This document shows positions 1 through 11,124 of a stretch of 64,000 bases of DNA, in pieces (position 1 is the stretch's first letter; the number at the start of each line of letters is the position of its first letter). The stretch comes from Macrostomum lignano. Its lineage: Eukaryota. The stretch covers positions 186,001 through 250,000 of the forward strand of contig NIVC01001483.1 in NCBI GenBank assembly GCA_002269645.1, given 5' to 3'. The notes under the pieces were generated by a model. The model searched no databases, had not been told where the DNA came from, and was given only the letters and a program-made list of their open reading frames with translations. The translations under genes and the position numbers were made by a program.

Positions 1-263
1 GGGACTGCTTTGTAGATAGATAGGTAGATACAAAACAACAGGGGCTGGTTAGGACAGTTATATTGGGTGGACAGCCACTCTTAAATTCTCAAGTGTCAAT
101 CAAAAACCGTCTTTTACAGTAAATATGTAAAGTGCTTGATCAACATCAAATAATATGAGGAACTAAATTCAAGCTATAGTTAGAGATAAAATGTCATCAT
201 TATTTATACTTGTAACCAATTTCCCACCTCTTCTGCGCGTTTTGAAGACTCCCGGGCCGGAGA

Positions 264-772
264 AGGGTAGAATAGAGGGTAGAACCGAGGGTAGAACACA
301 GGGTAGAACACAGGGTAGAACACAGGGTAGAACACAGGGTAGAACAGAGGGTAGAACACAGGGTAGAACACAGGGTAGAACATAGGGTAGAACACATGGT
401 AGAATACAGGGTAGAACAGAGAGTAGAACAGAGGGTAGAACATCAGAACATAGGGTAGAACACAGGGTAGAACACAGGGTAGAACATCAGAACATAGGGT
501 AGAACACAGGGTAGAACACAGGGTAGAACAGAGGGTAGAACAGAGGGTAGAACAGAGGGTAGAACAGAGGGTGAAACAGAGGGTAGAACAGAAAATAGAA
601 CACAGGGTAGAGCAGAGGGTAGAACAGAGGGTAGAACAGAGGGTAGAACAGAGGGTGAAACAGAGGGTAGAACAGAAAATGGAACACAGGGTAGAGCAGA
701 GGGTAGAACAGAGGGTAGAACAGAGGGTGAAACAGAGGGTAGAACAGAAAATAGAACACAGGGTAGAATACA
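264..772. repeat. 12-bp minisatellite (AGGGTAGAACA[C/G])n
   Basis: Directly visible tandem array with occasional variant units. Confidence 0.95.
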
Positions 773-1499
773 CACGTTGAAAAGAGACTTAGAAGAGAAA
801 GCAATAGTTTGAAACCAGCCCAGCCAATTGCCAACGGAATTTGCCAACCACATGGGCTGACAGACAGACTTTCGGTTTGAAATTTTGACAGGCACCTCCC
901 CAATGCCAACAGGACTATCAGGGCTGAAGCGAAATGAAGTAACGAAAGCCGCATGCTGTTTCCCACGCTTCGGTCATGCCGGGAGACAGACTCTTCCCTT
1001 CCTGACATCCGGGCTGACAGTTGCCTGCCCGTCTGAGGCCAGACAGACCACCATAGGCAGTAATGCTCTTCAAGCAATTAGAAATTATACAAACCCGACA
1101 AAATAATTAGCGATGAAGAGAGAGAGAGCAGGGTTTTTTGCTTGCAGTTTCACACGCTCAGCTGTGCCAGAGTCAGGGGAGGGCGAATCCAAACTGGAGA
1201 GAGAGATGGACGAAGAAATTTGACTCTGTGCGCAGGCCCGATTCAGATAGGGGGGGGGGGGTTCCGTTTAAGTTCACAAAAGCAACTTCCTTCCTTCCTT
1301 CCCTCCTTAGCTGTTTGGGGTCTAAGGGACCTATATTTTTTAATTTTTAACGATTGCTAAATAGTGTCCGTATTTCTATAACCAATGGGCCGCCAGCGGC
1401 TGCGATAATTGTTTGAATAATTAATTAATTACGAGTATGTCAGCTCTCGTGCGCATATCTTGAATTCAACGATCCTCTTGAATTCTCTTTGGTCTTCTC

Positions 1500-1730
1500 T
1501 GTCACTCTCCGCCTGTCACTCTCAATATGTCACTCTCACTCTGTGACTCTCACTCTGTCACTCTCACTCTGTCACTCTCATTCTGTGACTCTCACTCTGT
1601 GACTCTCACTCTGTGACTCTCACTCTGTGACTCTCACTCTGTCACTCTCACTCTGTCACTCTCACTCTGTCACTCTCACTCTGTCACTCTCACTCTGTCA
1701 CTCTCAATCCCTGTCACTCTAATTTGTCAC
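1500..1730. repeat. 14-bp minisatellite (TCTCACTCTGT[C/G]AC)n
   Basis: Visible tandem array. Confidence 0.9.
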
Positions 1731-1945
1731 TCATTCTACTACCCTCCACCCCATTCCCTCCCAATGGCTGTAATTAACGAGATCATTTAAACCAGGCCAA
1801 GAGCAATAAAAGCCAATCTTTTGTATCCAGCGAGAGAGCCGCCTAGCAACCTAGCAACTGGGACTTCTCGGCGAATGCGCACGGGGGGGAGACAATTAAA
1901 GCGGCAGAGGCTGAAGCGGTCAGGACCCTGAGACGGATGACTCAC

Positions 1946-2019
1946 TCCAGGAAAAGCAGCAAGAAGAGTAACTCGGCGCCCCTGACTTCGAGTTTCCATC
2001 TCCCGCTCACAGGGTTAAA
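1946..2019 (-). CDS. putative internal exon of an unidentified gene (FNPVSGRWKLEVRGAELLFLLLFL)
   Basis: Consensus acceptor (tttgctctttgctacag) and donor (GTGAGT) bracket 74 nt with only one open frame. No homology recognised. Confidence 0.3.
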
Positions 2020-2302
2020 CTGTAGCAAAGAGCAAACGACAAGCAACCCCGGTTTTTCTGCAACAACAGCAAAGCAAAATAGAAAAATAAAAGAAAACCA
2101 TGAGCCTAGTCTGTCCATTATGAGACAGACTTCACGCTGCAGAGCAAAATCAAGGCTCTTAGCAATTCCAAGTTGGATTCGTGGAAAAGAAAAATTAGTT
2201 ACGCCGATGCAGTGTGCTATATGGCAGCTCTGGTGATTTAGTAGCGACTTTGCCACCAGTTCTGCCATGTGTGAGACAGGGAGCGTTGTGCAGCTTTATT
2301 GC

Positions 2303-3664
2303 TCAATCATGACTGCGATTGTGCGCGCTGAAGGGTCGCTAATGGGTTGAGGCTCGGGTTTGCAGGGATAAGGGACAGATAATAGAAGTGAATGGTAGAC
2401 AGTGGAGATGAGGGAGATACGGTAGACATGAAGGGAGATACGGTAGAGATAAAGGGAGATACGGTAGACATGAAGGGAGATATGGTAGACATGAAGGGAG
2501 ATACGGTAGACAGGAAGGGAGATACGGTAGACATGAAGGGAGATACGGTAGACATGAAGGGAGATACGGTAGACATGAAGGGAGATACGGTAGAGATGAA
2601 GGGAGATACAGTAGAGATGAAGGGAGATACGGTAGACATGAAGGGAGATCCGGTAGAGATGAAGGGAGATACAGTAGAGATGAAGGGAGATACGGTAGAC
2701 ATGAAGGGAGATACGGTAGACATGAAGGGAGATACGGTAGACATGACGGGAGATACGGTAGACATGAAGGGAGATACGGTAGACAGGAAGGGAGATACGG
2801 TAGACATGACGGGAGATACGGTAGACATGAAGGGAGATACGGTAGACATGAAGGGAGATCCGGTAGAGATGAAGGGAGATACAGTAGAGATGAAGGGAGA
2901 TACGGTAGACATGAAGGGAGATACGGTAGACATGAAGGGAGATACGGTAGACATGACGGGAGATACGGTAGACATGAAGGGAGATACGGTAGACAGGAAG
3001 GGAGATACGGTAGACATGACGGGAGATACGGTAGACATGAAGGGAGATACGGTAGACATGAAGGGAGATACGGTAGAGATGAAGAGAGATACGGTAGAGA
3101 TGAAGAGAGATACGGTAGAGATGAAGACCAGCAACCAACCTCATTGGCGGCTCCGTGAGTTGCAGCAGTCTGCTGCAGGTTGCGCAGCCCGTGAAACTCC
3201 AGGTGCTGTCGCAGGTCGCTGCCGCTCTCGGCCTTGAAGTCGCAGAACAGGCAGCTGCTGGCCGCATCGCAGAGAGCCGAGTTCTCCGGCGTGATTGACA
3301 GCTCAGATCCCGCAGTGGCTCTCAGGTGGCCGCGGAACACGGTCTCAAAATCCACCAACTGCTCAGACTGGTGTTCCAACTGGTGGTGCTCCATGAGGAA
3401 GTGGCACGAGTTGCTCACCTTTGAGCACAGGCGACAGCGGTAGAGAACGAACAGGCTGTTTGAGCTTGCTTTATCAGGGCAGGAGTCTGGAGCCTCGGCC
3501 GGAGGTGAACGAGATTCTTCATCGCCGCTGCCCCAGCTGGCGGTTGAGTCGTGCTTAGAAGCGTAGTGACCTTCGAGCAGGTCCAGATGATGGCTGACGA
3601 ACGGGCACAGGGGGCAGCTCAGCACCAGCACGTCCGAAGGGGATATTTGAGGAAAAATTCCCAT
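2303..3664 (-). CDS. C2H2 zinc-finger protein, model join(3140..3664, 2303..2338), about 186 aa
   Basis: Three C-x2-C-x12-H-x3/4-H motifs (CPLC..HYASKH, CRLC..HHQLEH, CLFC..HLEFH). Acceptor cctatag 2 nt before the ATG, donor GAG|GTTGGT at 3139, acceptor cattag at 2339-2340 giving RPFSAHNRSHD*, and AATAAA immediately after the stop (2295-2300). Additional upstream exons cannot be excluded. Confidence 0.65.
2392..3125. repeat. 21-bp minisatellite (GTAGACATGAAGGGAGATACG)n filling the zinc-finger gene intron
   Basis: Visible array between the donor at 3139 and the acceptor at 2340. Confidence 0.95.
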
Positions 3665-3974
3665 AACTATAGGCCTTGATGCGCGAAAGTCTTAACTGAT
3701 CGCAAATTCTATGCCGGGAAGTGAAGTAGTTGAAGGTTTTTGTGGAAGTCGAGAAGGACCTTGGCCAGGGGACGGGCGGATGGGAGGCGAGGGAGCCAAT
3801 GAGGTGAGCCCAGCTGATTGGGCCAGTGGTGTCCATGGGGTGGTGGCCCTTGCGCAGCAGTTTACTAATTGTCTGCTTGACAATTCTAGCAAAATAGAAG
3901 AGACAAACCGTTTTAGGAAAATCGCAATACCTATCAATCAAAAAGAGTGATAAAAAATCAAATGTGCTTCCATT

Positions 3975-4500
3975 CTACCCTGGAAACCCCACGGCCACGG
4001 AATCCACCCCCATTCTACTCTGAAAACTCCACGGAATCCGCCCCTCATTCTATCCTGGAAACCCTACAAAATCCGCCCCATTCTACTCTGAAGAACCCAC
4101 AAAATCCGCCCCATTCTACTCTGGAGACCCTACAAAATCCGCCCCCATTCTACCTGGAAACCCCACGGAATCCGCCCCCTTCCATTCTACCCTGGAAACC
4201 CCACGGAATCCGCCCCCTTCCATTCTACCCTGGAAACCCCGCGGAATCCGCCCCCTTCCATTCTACCCTGGAAACCCCACGGAATCCGCCCCCTTCCATT
4301 CTACCCTGGAAACCCCACGGATTCCGCCCCCTTCCATTCTACCCTGGAAACCCCACGGAATCCGCCCCCTTCCATTCTACCCTGGAAACCCCACGGATTC
4401 CGCCCCCTTCCATTCTACCCTGGAAACCCCACGGAATCCGCCCCCCTTCCATTCTACCCTGGAAATCCTACGGAATCCGCCCCCCCCCAACAAATTCTAC
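3975..4500. repeat. about 37-bp minisatellite (TTCCATTCTACCCTGGAAACCCCACGGAATCCGCCCC)n
   Basis: Visible tandem array. Confidence 0.9.
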
Positions 4501-4610
4501 CCTTGGAAACATGCCAATCATGAAAAAGAAGCATCATGTCAATTATAACAGATATAAAGTAATACCATAGACATGCAAGCGTAAAGTAGATCAAAGGAAG
4601 AGTTAGGGTT

Positions 4611-4915
4611 AATAATAATACTAATTGATTACACCTGCCCTAATGGTCAGATGTGCAACCGACAGCTCAGCCGCAGCAATTTCCCGCCGCATCTGAAGGC
4701 TGCGTACGGCTGTTCAGTCCAAGGAGTGGGGGGGGGGTCGCCACACGATCACCCGCAATTACCCCAGCTAATGCTGGCACCCATTTTACAGCTGGGTGAA
4801 CTGAAGCAATGCAGAGTTAAGTGTCGTGCTCAGGGAGCACAAATTGTTCCGAGTGAGCCGAGAATCGAACCCCCGACCTTTCAATCATAAGTCCGACGCT
4901 CTAACTACTAGGCTA
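4611..4915 (-). mobile_element. tRNA-derived CORE-type SINE, apparently full length
   Basis: On the minus strand: A-box-like TAGCCTAGTAG, B-box GGTTCGATTC, tRNA-Lys-like head, CORE-like block CACTTAACTCTGCATTGCTTCAGTTCACCCAGCTGTAAAATGGG (resembles the MIR core) and a (TAT)n tail. Second copy at 40867-41085. Confidence 0.8.
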
Positions 4916-4967
4916 CAAACTCTGGACTTTAATGTCAAAACATACAGAGTTAATTGAAACATCTTTT

Positions 4968-5009
4968 CATTTCTTTATTGCCTCCCCCAACGGGGGCGCA
5001 GATTGCTAG
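4968..5009 (+). mobile_element. Helitron-like 3' terminus (CCCCCAACGGGGG hairpin, 9 nt, CTAG|T)
   Basis: Canonical hairpin + CTAG + T arrangement. A related copy at 42468-42506 (-) shares sequence up to CTAG and diverges immediately after it. Confidence 0.55.
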
Positions 5010-5929
5010 TCCAATATACTAAAAATGGTTTGTCCGTATCTATGTGATTGATTTCAGAAAATTTTTATTGTTTAAAATCATCATTTCATTGAACTTTCCA
5101 GTCGCATAAATGCTGAACTCGTGTTCAATTTCCAATGAGACTTGAGTCAAGCGGTAAAGAATTTATTCCAGCTTTAAAAGCTATTTTTGGCCTGTGCTGC
5201 TCTGTCTGGGCCCCATTTTCAGGTTAGCCTCATTTCCAAACCTACACTAATGGAAAATGGGTGCGCAGGGTTGCCTCCATTTTGTTCCAAGGTCTGTTTA
5301 ACACCTGTCAGCTATAAGAAAGTCTTTGTCCAGCGGAAACTGGACAGGGAATTCGAAAATCAAAGGACAAAATTCGCAAATATAGCGATGTCCCTCTTAG
5401 TCATAATTTCAGACACAGATCGCACGCCACACCGCATTACGATGCGTCATGCGCCACCAAGACTTGGGTTTTTTTATAATTTGAAAATCTTAAAGCCAAT
5501 AAAAAGCGAACCCAGTCTGCAGACTGTGTAGCCCTACGTGGGTGGCTGGCCCCCAGGCAGTCTGTCTGTGCAAAAAAGACAAAAAAAGATCAAAATTTTG
5601 ATTTGAGGCGGGAGGGGGAGACGAGGTGCGAGCTGGTTAAACATTGCAAGTCATATTATTCTTAATTTCATAAGTCTTGGACAATTTTTAATGATTCCGC
5701 CGTGTGCGCCACAGGCGGAGAGGGCTGTAAGAGAAAAAGGGAGAGAGAGAGATCGTTATAGTACTCGCAATAATAATAATAAATGAAAGGTGTGAATTCT
5801 GCCGCGCTCCGCAGAGGGCCCTTTGCGGGGACCCACCGCACAGCAGGGGGGCATGCAGCTCTTTTAGGTTAATTATTTGTTGTAAGGCCAGAGACTTCCC
5901 GATGTGCAGCACTTGGATTGGATGCTTGG

Positions 5930-6975
5930 AGTCTGCCTGCTGTGCTTGGCGCCACCTCCTGCCTGCCGTGTTTGGCGCCACCTCCTGCCTGCCGTGTTTG
6001 GCGCCACCTCCTGCCTGCCGTGTTTGGCGCCACCTCCTGTCTGCTGTGCTTGGCGCCACCTCCTGCCTGCTGTGCTTGGCGCCACCTCCTGCCTGCCGTG
6101 TTTGGCGCCACCTCCTGCCTGCCGTGTTTGGCGCCACCTCCTGCCTGCCGTGTTTGGCGCCACCTCCTGTCTGCTGTGCTTGGCGCCACCTCCTGCCTGC
6201 TGTGCTTGGCGCCACCTCCTGCCTGCCGTGTTTGGCGCCACCTCCTGCCTGCCGTGTTTGGCGCCACCTCCTGCCTGCCGTGTTTGGCGCCACCTCCTGT
6301 CTGCTGTGCTTGGCGCCACCTCCTGCCTGCTGTGCTTGGCGCCACCTCCTGCCTGCCGTGTTTGGCGCCACCTACTGTCTGCCGTGTTTGGCGCCACCTA
6401 CTGTCTGCCGTGTTTGGCGCCACCTTCTGTCTGCTGTGTTTGGTGCCACCTCCTGCCTGACGTGTTTGGCGCCACCTCCTGCCTGCCGTATTTGGCGCCA
6501 CCTTCTGCCTGCCGTGTTTGGCGCCACCTCCTGCCTGCCGTGTTTGGCGCCACCCTCTGTCTGCCGTGTTTGGCGCCACCTTCTGCCTGCGTGTTTGGCG
6601 CTACCTTCTGTCTGTCGTGTTTGGCGCCACCTTCTGTCTGCCGTGTTTGGCGCCACCTCCTGCCTGCTGTGTTTGGCGCCACCTTCTGCTTGCTGTGTTT
6701 GGCGCCACCTCCTGCCTGCTGTGTTTGGCGCCACCTTCTGCTTGCCGTTTTTGGCGCCACCTCCTGCCTGCCGTGTTTGGCGCCACCTCCTGCCTGCTGT
6801 GTTTGGCGCCACCTTCTGCTTGCCGTGTTTGGCGCCACTTTCTGTGTGCTGTGTTTTGCGCCACCTTTTGCTTGCTGTGTTTGGCGCCACCTTCTGCCTG
6901 CCCGTGCTTGGCGCCACATTCTGCCTGTCATTTGAGTTTTATTCTTGGCGCCATCTGCAGATTCATACTTGGCGC
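5930..6975. repeat. 26-bp minisatellite (GTGTTTGGCGCCACCTCCTGCCTGCC)n
   Basis: Visible tandem array, degenerating to the right. Confidence 0.95.
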
Positions 6976-7379
6976 CATCTGCAGCATCATGCGGAAACAG
7001 CTTGATTTTACGACCGCCAGGCTCCGCAAGGATCGAACCAATGACCTCACTGACTGAGGTCTACATTAAAGAATTTACAATCAGAAAGGAAATTGAAACC
7101 ATGGAACGGACAAAACTAGCCAATATTGCTTTGGCCCGCGAATTATTCAACTTGAAATGGTTACAGTTGCTCTGCTTGCAGCACAGAGCAGACGGACAGA
7201 TGCTTGTTGCAGAATTTGGAAATGTAGCCAAAGTCAATGAAAGTCAATCTTGCAGGCCTCTGCCACTACAGAGCCATTGTACAAATCTATTAATCACATG
7301 GGGTAACCCGTGCGGGCTATTTATTGTATCAATTTTTTTCTGGGTTCCCATGATTTCAACTGCCGCTGTTTGTAATTGA
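6945..7379 (+). CDS. possible plus-strand coding exon, unknown product
   Basis: About 130 codons open through non-repetitive sequence, preceded by catctgcag acceptors. Shares an RTK[LF]ANIA[LM] motif with ORF 5187..5531, with a codon-structured pattern of differences. Confidence 0.3.
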   Translation: MAPSADSYLAPSAASCGNSLILRPPGSARIEPMTSLTEVYIKEFTIRKEIETMERTKLANIALARELFNLKWLQLLCLQHRADGQMLVAEFGNVAKVNESQSCRPLPLQSHCTNLLITWGNPCGLFIVSIFFWVPMISTAAVCN

Positions 7380-7514
7380 GGGCCATGAATAGTGGGGTGA
7401 CTGCTTAGTGTGTACACTGCGGCCTCGGCCTCGCTAATGCTCATCTTTAATTAACTCCAACCTCGTTTCGGTGGTAAGAAGAGTGAAGCTTGAAAACTGT
7501 AAACTAATTTAGAG

Positions 7515-8045
7515 GGAGAATCTCTCAGTTCAGGTGAGAATCTCACGGTAGACTCTCAGCTCAGGGGAAGAATCTCATGGTGGACTCTCAGCTCAGGACG
7601 AGAATCTCATGTTGGACTCTCAGCTCAGGGTGAAAATCTCACGGTGGACTCTCTCAGTTCAGGGTGAGAATCTCACGGTGGACTCTCAGCTCAGGGGAAG
7701 AATCTCATGGTGGACTCTCAGCTCAGGGGAAGAATCTCATGGTGGACTCTCAGCTCAGGGTGAAAATCTCATGGTGGACTCTCAGCTCAGGGCGAGAATC
7801 TCATGGTGGACTCTCAGCTCAGGGGAAGAATCTCATGGTGGACTCTCAGCTCAGGGTGAAAATCTCATGGTGGACTCTAAGCTCAGGGCGAGAATCTCAT
7901 GGTGGACTCTCTCAGTTCAGGGTGAGAATCTCACGGTGGACTCTCTCAGCTCAGGGCGAGAATCTCATGGTGGACTCTCTCAGTTCAGGGTGAGAATCTC
8001 ACGGCGGACTCTCAGTTCAAGTGAGAATCTCACGGTGGACTCTTA
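7515..8045. repeat. about 31-bp minisatellite (GAGAATCTCATGGTGGACTCTCAGCTCAGGG)n
   Basis: Visible tandem array. Confidence 0.9.
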
Positions 8046-8624
8046 AGAATTGAATAATTTTGGAGAATTGGGAATATATTCTCCATGATGCTAGGCATTG
8101 ATAATAAACCAAGACATAAGCGAGCATTTATTAGGAAAAGAAATTACACTCTCATTTAAAAAATCCCCACAGAAATTCTCTCCTAATTTTCCACAGCTGG
8201 TGTGAAGAGTCAAAGGCTGTCTCGCAGATAACAGCAAGAGACAGACAGGCAGGCAGGCGACGCTAGCGCTTCAAAATCTACATGTATGAGCTGTGCCCGC
8301 TAAAATACCATTTGAGCTGACAGACACACGTCAGTCATCAACTCGATAATGGTGGGGTGGGGGGAGCTGGGGACCCCTGGAGCTGCATGGGGCAGCGAGC
8401 TGGCACTCTGGCCGCTCCCACCTCCTCAGACTCAAGAGAGATTTATAGCCCCGTCGACTTTGGGCCACAACAGAAATCGAGTGCGGACTTCCTGCCCACC
8501 CCTCGTGTCCCCTTCATGCTGAGACATGGAGTTTTATAAATAGTGTTTGGAGCTCGTCTAGCGATAAATTCGAACTCAAGGGTTCGAAATCTGTATTCGA
8601 AATCTGTACTTTTGGCGTGTTGAT

Positions 8625-9000
8625 GAGATCTTCAGTTGCTGGGCCAGCCTCCCAGATCCTCAGTTGCTGGGCCAGCAGCCTCCCAGATCTTCAGTTGCTG
8701 GGCCAGCCTCCCACATCCTCAGTTGCTGGGCCAGGCCAGCCTCCCAGATCTTCAGTTGCTGGGCCAGCCTCCCACATCCTCAGTTGCTGGGCCAGGCCAG
8801 CCTCCCAGATCTTCAGTTGCTGGGCCAGCCTCCCACATCCTCAGTTGCTGGGCCAGCCTCCCACATCCTCAGTTGCTGGGCCAGGCCAGCCTCCCAGATC
8901 CTCAGTTGCTGGGCCAGGCCAGCCTCCCAGATCTTCAGTTGCTGGGCCAGCCTCCCAGATCCTCAGTTGCTGGGCCAGCCTCCCAGATTCTCAGTTTATG
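8625..9000 (-). repeat. 28-bp minisatellite family A (reverse orientation: CTCAGTTGCTGGGCCAGCCTCCCAGATC)
   Basis: Reverse complement of the arrays at 11125-12765 and 51645-52320. Confidence 0.95.
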
Positions 9001-9439
9001 GACCAGCTTCCACGAATGCCAGTCAAATCAAATTGGCCCGTTAGTGTCCAATCCAGACAGCTTTATCTAGACATCCTTGCCAGATTCCCATTCCGCTGGT
9101 TAAACGAACAGCCCGAATAAAAGCAGAGATTGAAGAGCGGCTCTGTTTGTGGAAATCTTTCCAACCTCTCTCGCTAGAAGGGGACACTTGGCGGGATTTG
9201 AGCGACATGGGCGAACTTCAGTTCCGATGGAATTTAGATTGGACATGGCCGAGACTTCTGTGATTGAAATTTCGGTGCTCAAGTTAAAACGATGATTGCA
9301 CAGGATGGTTGCTCTCAGGAAGTCATTGGCAGCACGGAGGGGGAGATAGGAAAGGTAGAAAGTGGGATGGGGAGAGGGGAGGCATGGGAGAGGAGATACA
9401 GGAAAAGTGAGAATGGGAAAGTAAGAAAGGGGAGAGAAA

Positions 9440-10292
9440 GATGGGGGGAAGAGGAGACAGGAGGAAGGGAGACAGGAGAGAGGAGACAGGGGAGAGAGGG
9501 AGACAGGGGAGAGAGGGAGACAAGGGAGAGAGGGAGACAGGGGAGAGAGGGAGACAGGGGAGAGAGGGAGACAGGGGAGAGAGGGAGACAGGGAGAGAGG
9601 GAGACAGGGGAGAGAGGGAGACAGGGGAGAGAGGGAGACAGGGAAGAGAGGGAGACAAGGGAGAGAGGGAGACAGGGGAGAGAGGGAGACAGGGGAGAGA
9701 GGGAGACAGGGGAGAGAGGGAGACAGGGGAGAGAGGGAGACAGGGGAGAGAGGGAGACAGGGGAGAGAGGGAGACAGGGAAGAGAGGGAGACAAGGGAGA
9801 GAGGGAGACAGGGGAGAGAGGGAGACAGGGGAGAGAGGGAGACAGGGGAGAGAGGGAGACAGGGGAGAGAGGGAGACAGGGGAGAGAGGGAGACAGGGGA
9901 GAGAGGGAGACAAGGTAGAGAGGGAGACAGGGGAGAGAGGGAGACAGGGGAGAGAGGGAGACAGGGGAGAGAGGGAGACAGGGGAGAGAGGGAGACAAGG
10001 TAGAGAGGGAGACGGGGAGAGAGGGAGACAGGGGAGAGAGGGAGACAGGGGAGAGAGGGAGACAAGGTAGAGAGGGAGACAGGGGAGAGAGGGAGACAGG
10101 GGAGAGAGGGAGACAAGGTAGAGAGGGAGACAGGGGAGAGAGGGAGACAGGGGAGAGAGGGAGACAGGGGAGAGAGGGAGACAAGGTAGAGAGGGAGACG
10201 GGGAGAGAGGGAGACAGGGGAGAGAGGGAGACAGGGGAGAGAGGGAGACAAGGTAGAGAGGGAGACAGGGGAGAGAGGGAGACAGGGGAGAG
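9440..10292. repeat. 17-bp purine-rich minisatellite (GGGAGACAGGGGAGAGA)n
   Basis: Visible tandem array. Confidence 0.95.
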
Positions 10293-11124
10293 AGTTCATT
10301 GTGCCTACAAAATTCGCAGCTCAGTGTATCTCTAAAACAGAGTTCGGCAGAATCCGAAGACAGCCCTCAGACGGTGGGCGGCAGCAATCTATCAATCAAG
10401 CAGGCAGGATCAGCCCCCCAGATCTCAAAGAGCCAGAGCAGACCCAGCCTCCCAATCGCTCCGAGGCCTGTCAAACTGCAGAACTCCAGCGGCTGCGCTC
10501 GGCACTGACTGGTGGAGGAAGAGATAGCGCGTATATAAGACTACTACATGTACACTTGGATTGGAAATTCCAGCAGGGCCCCCTTCATTTTAGCGCCGCG
10601 AGCTTGATTGATGAATGGCGCAAGAGGGACAGCAAAGTTAGTGCCAGAGTGAAACTGTAAATAATTAGATGCAGCCAGGCCTCTCCAGAATCAGTGCGGC
10701 ATTGGTAGAGCAGCTTCGCCTATTTTAACCTGAGTTGATCGACACTGTGCGATACTAGCCCAGTTGTTTAGTGATGTGCCAGCGGCCCAGGCTCGATTCC
10801 AAGTGCAGTCACCTTAATTTGGCGCTAAATTGGAATCTCGGCTTGGCTCTGCTCCCAAGGCGCAGTGAAGTGTACATGCCTAACAATAAATAAAGTTAGG
10901 GCCGCTGTACACTCCTGTGTGACTGTGTGCCTGCTCAGGGGAATCAGCGAAATGGGCAGTAATGCCTCTCGTTGGTTGTGTGACATTGTCGGTTTAAGTG
11001 CTATAGGGTGTGCACTCAGTCCACATGCCTCTAATAAAAATACCAAGGACTTCTGATTGACATCAACTGGACTGGAAAACACTGCGATACCAGTAAGAGG
11101 ATTTTCAAAACCCATCAACCAAAG

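Noticed and set aside
191-1077. ORFs spanning the 12-bp array, and similar long ORFs at 2296-3267, 5688-7057, 8617-10299, 11140-12758, 13182-16809, 45708-48016 and 51593-52328
   Set aside because: They are translations of stop-free tandem repeats, open in several frames and both strands, with no protein features.
4840-4915. Functional tRNA gene
   Set aside because: A/B boxes are present but there is no convincing acceptor stem, and it runs directly into a CORE block and AT tail, so it is a SINE head.
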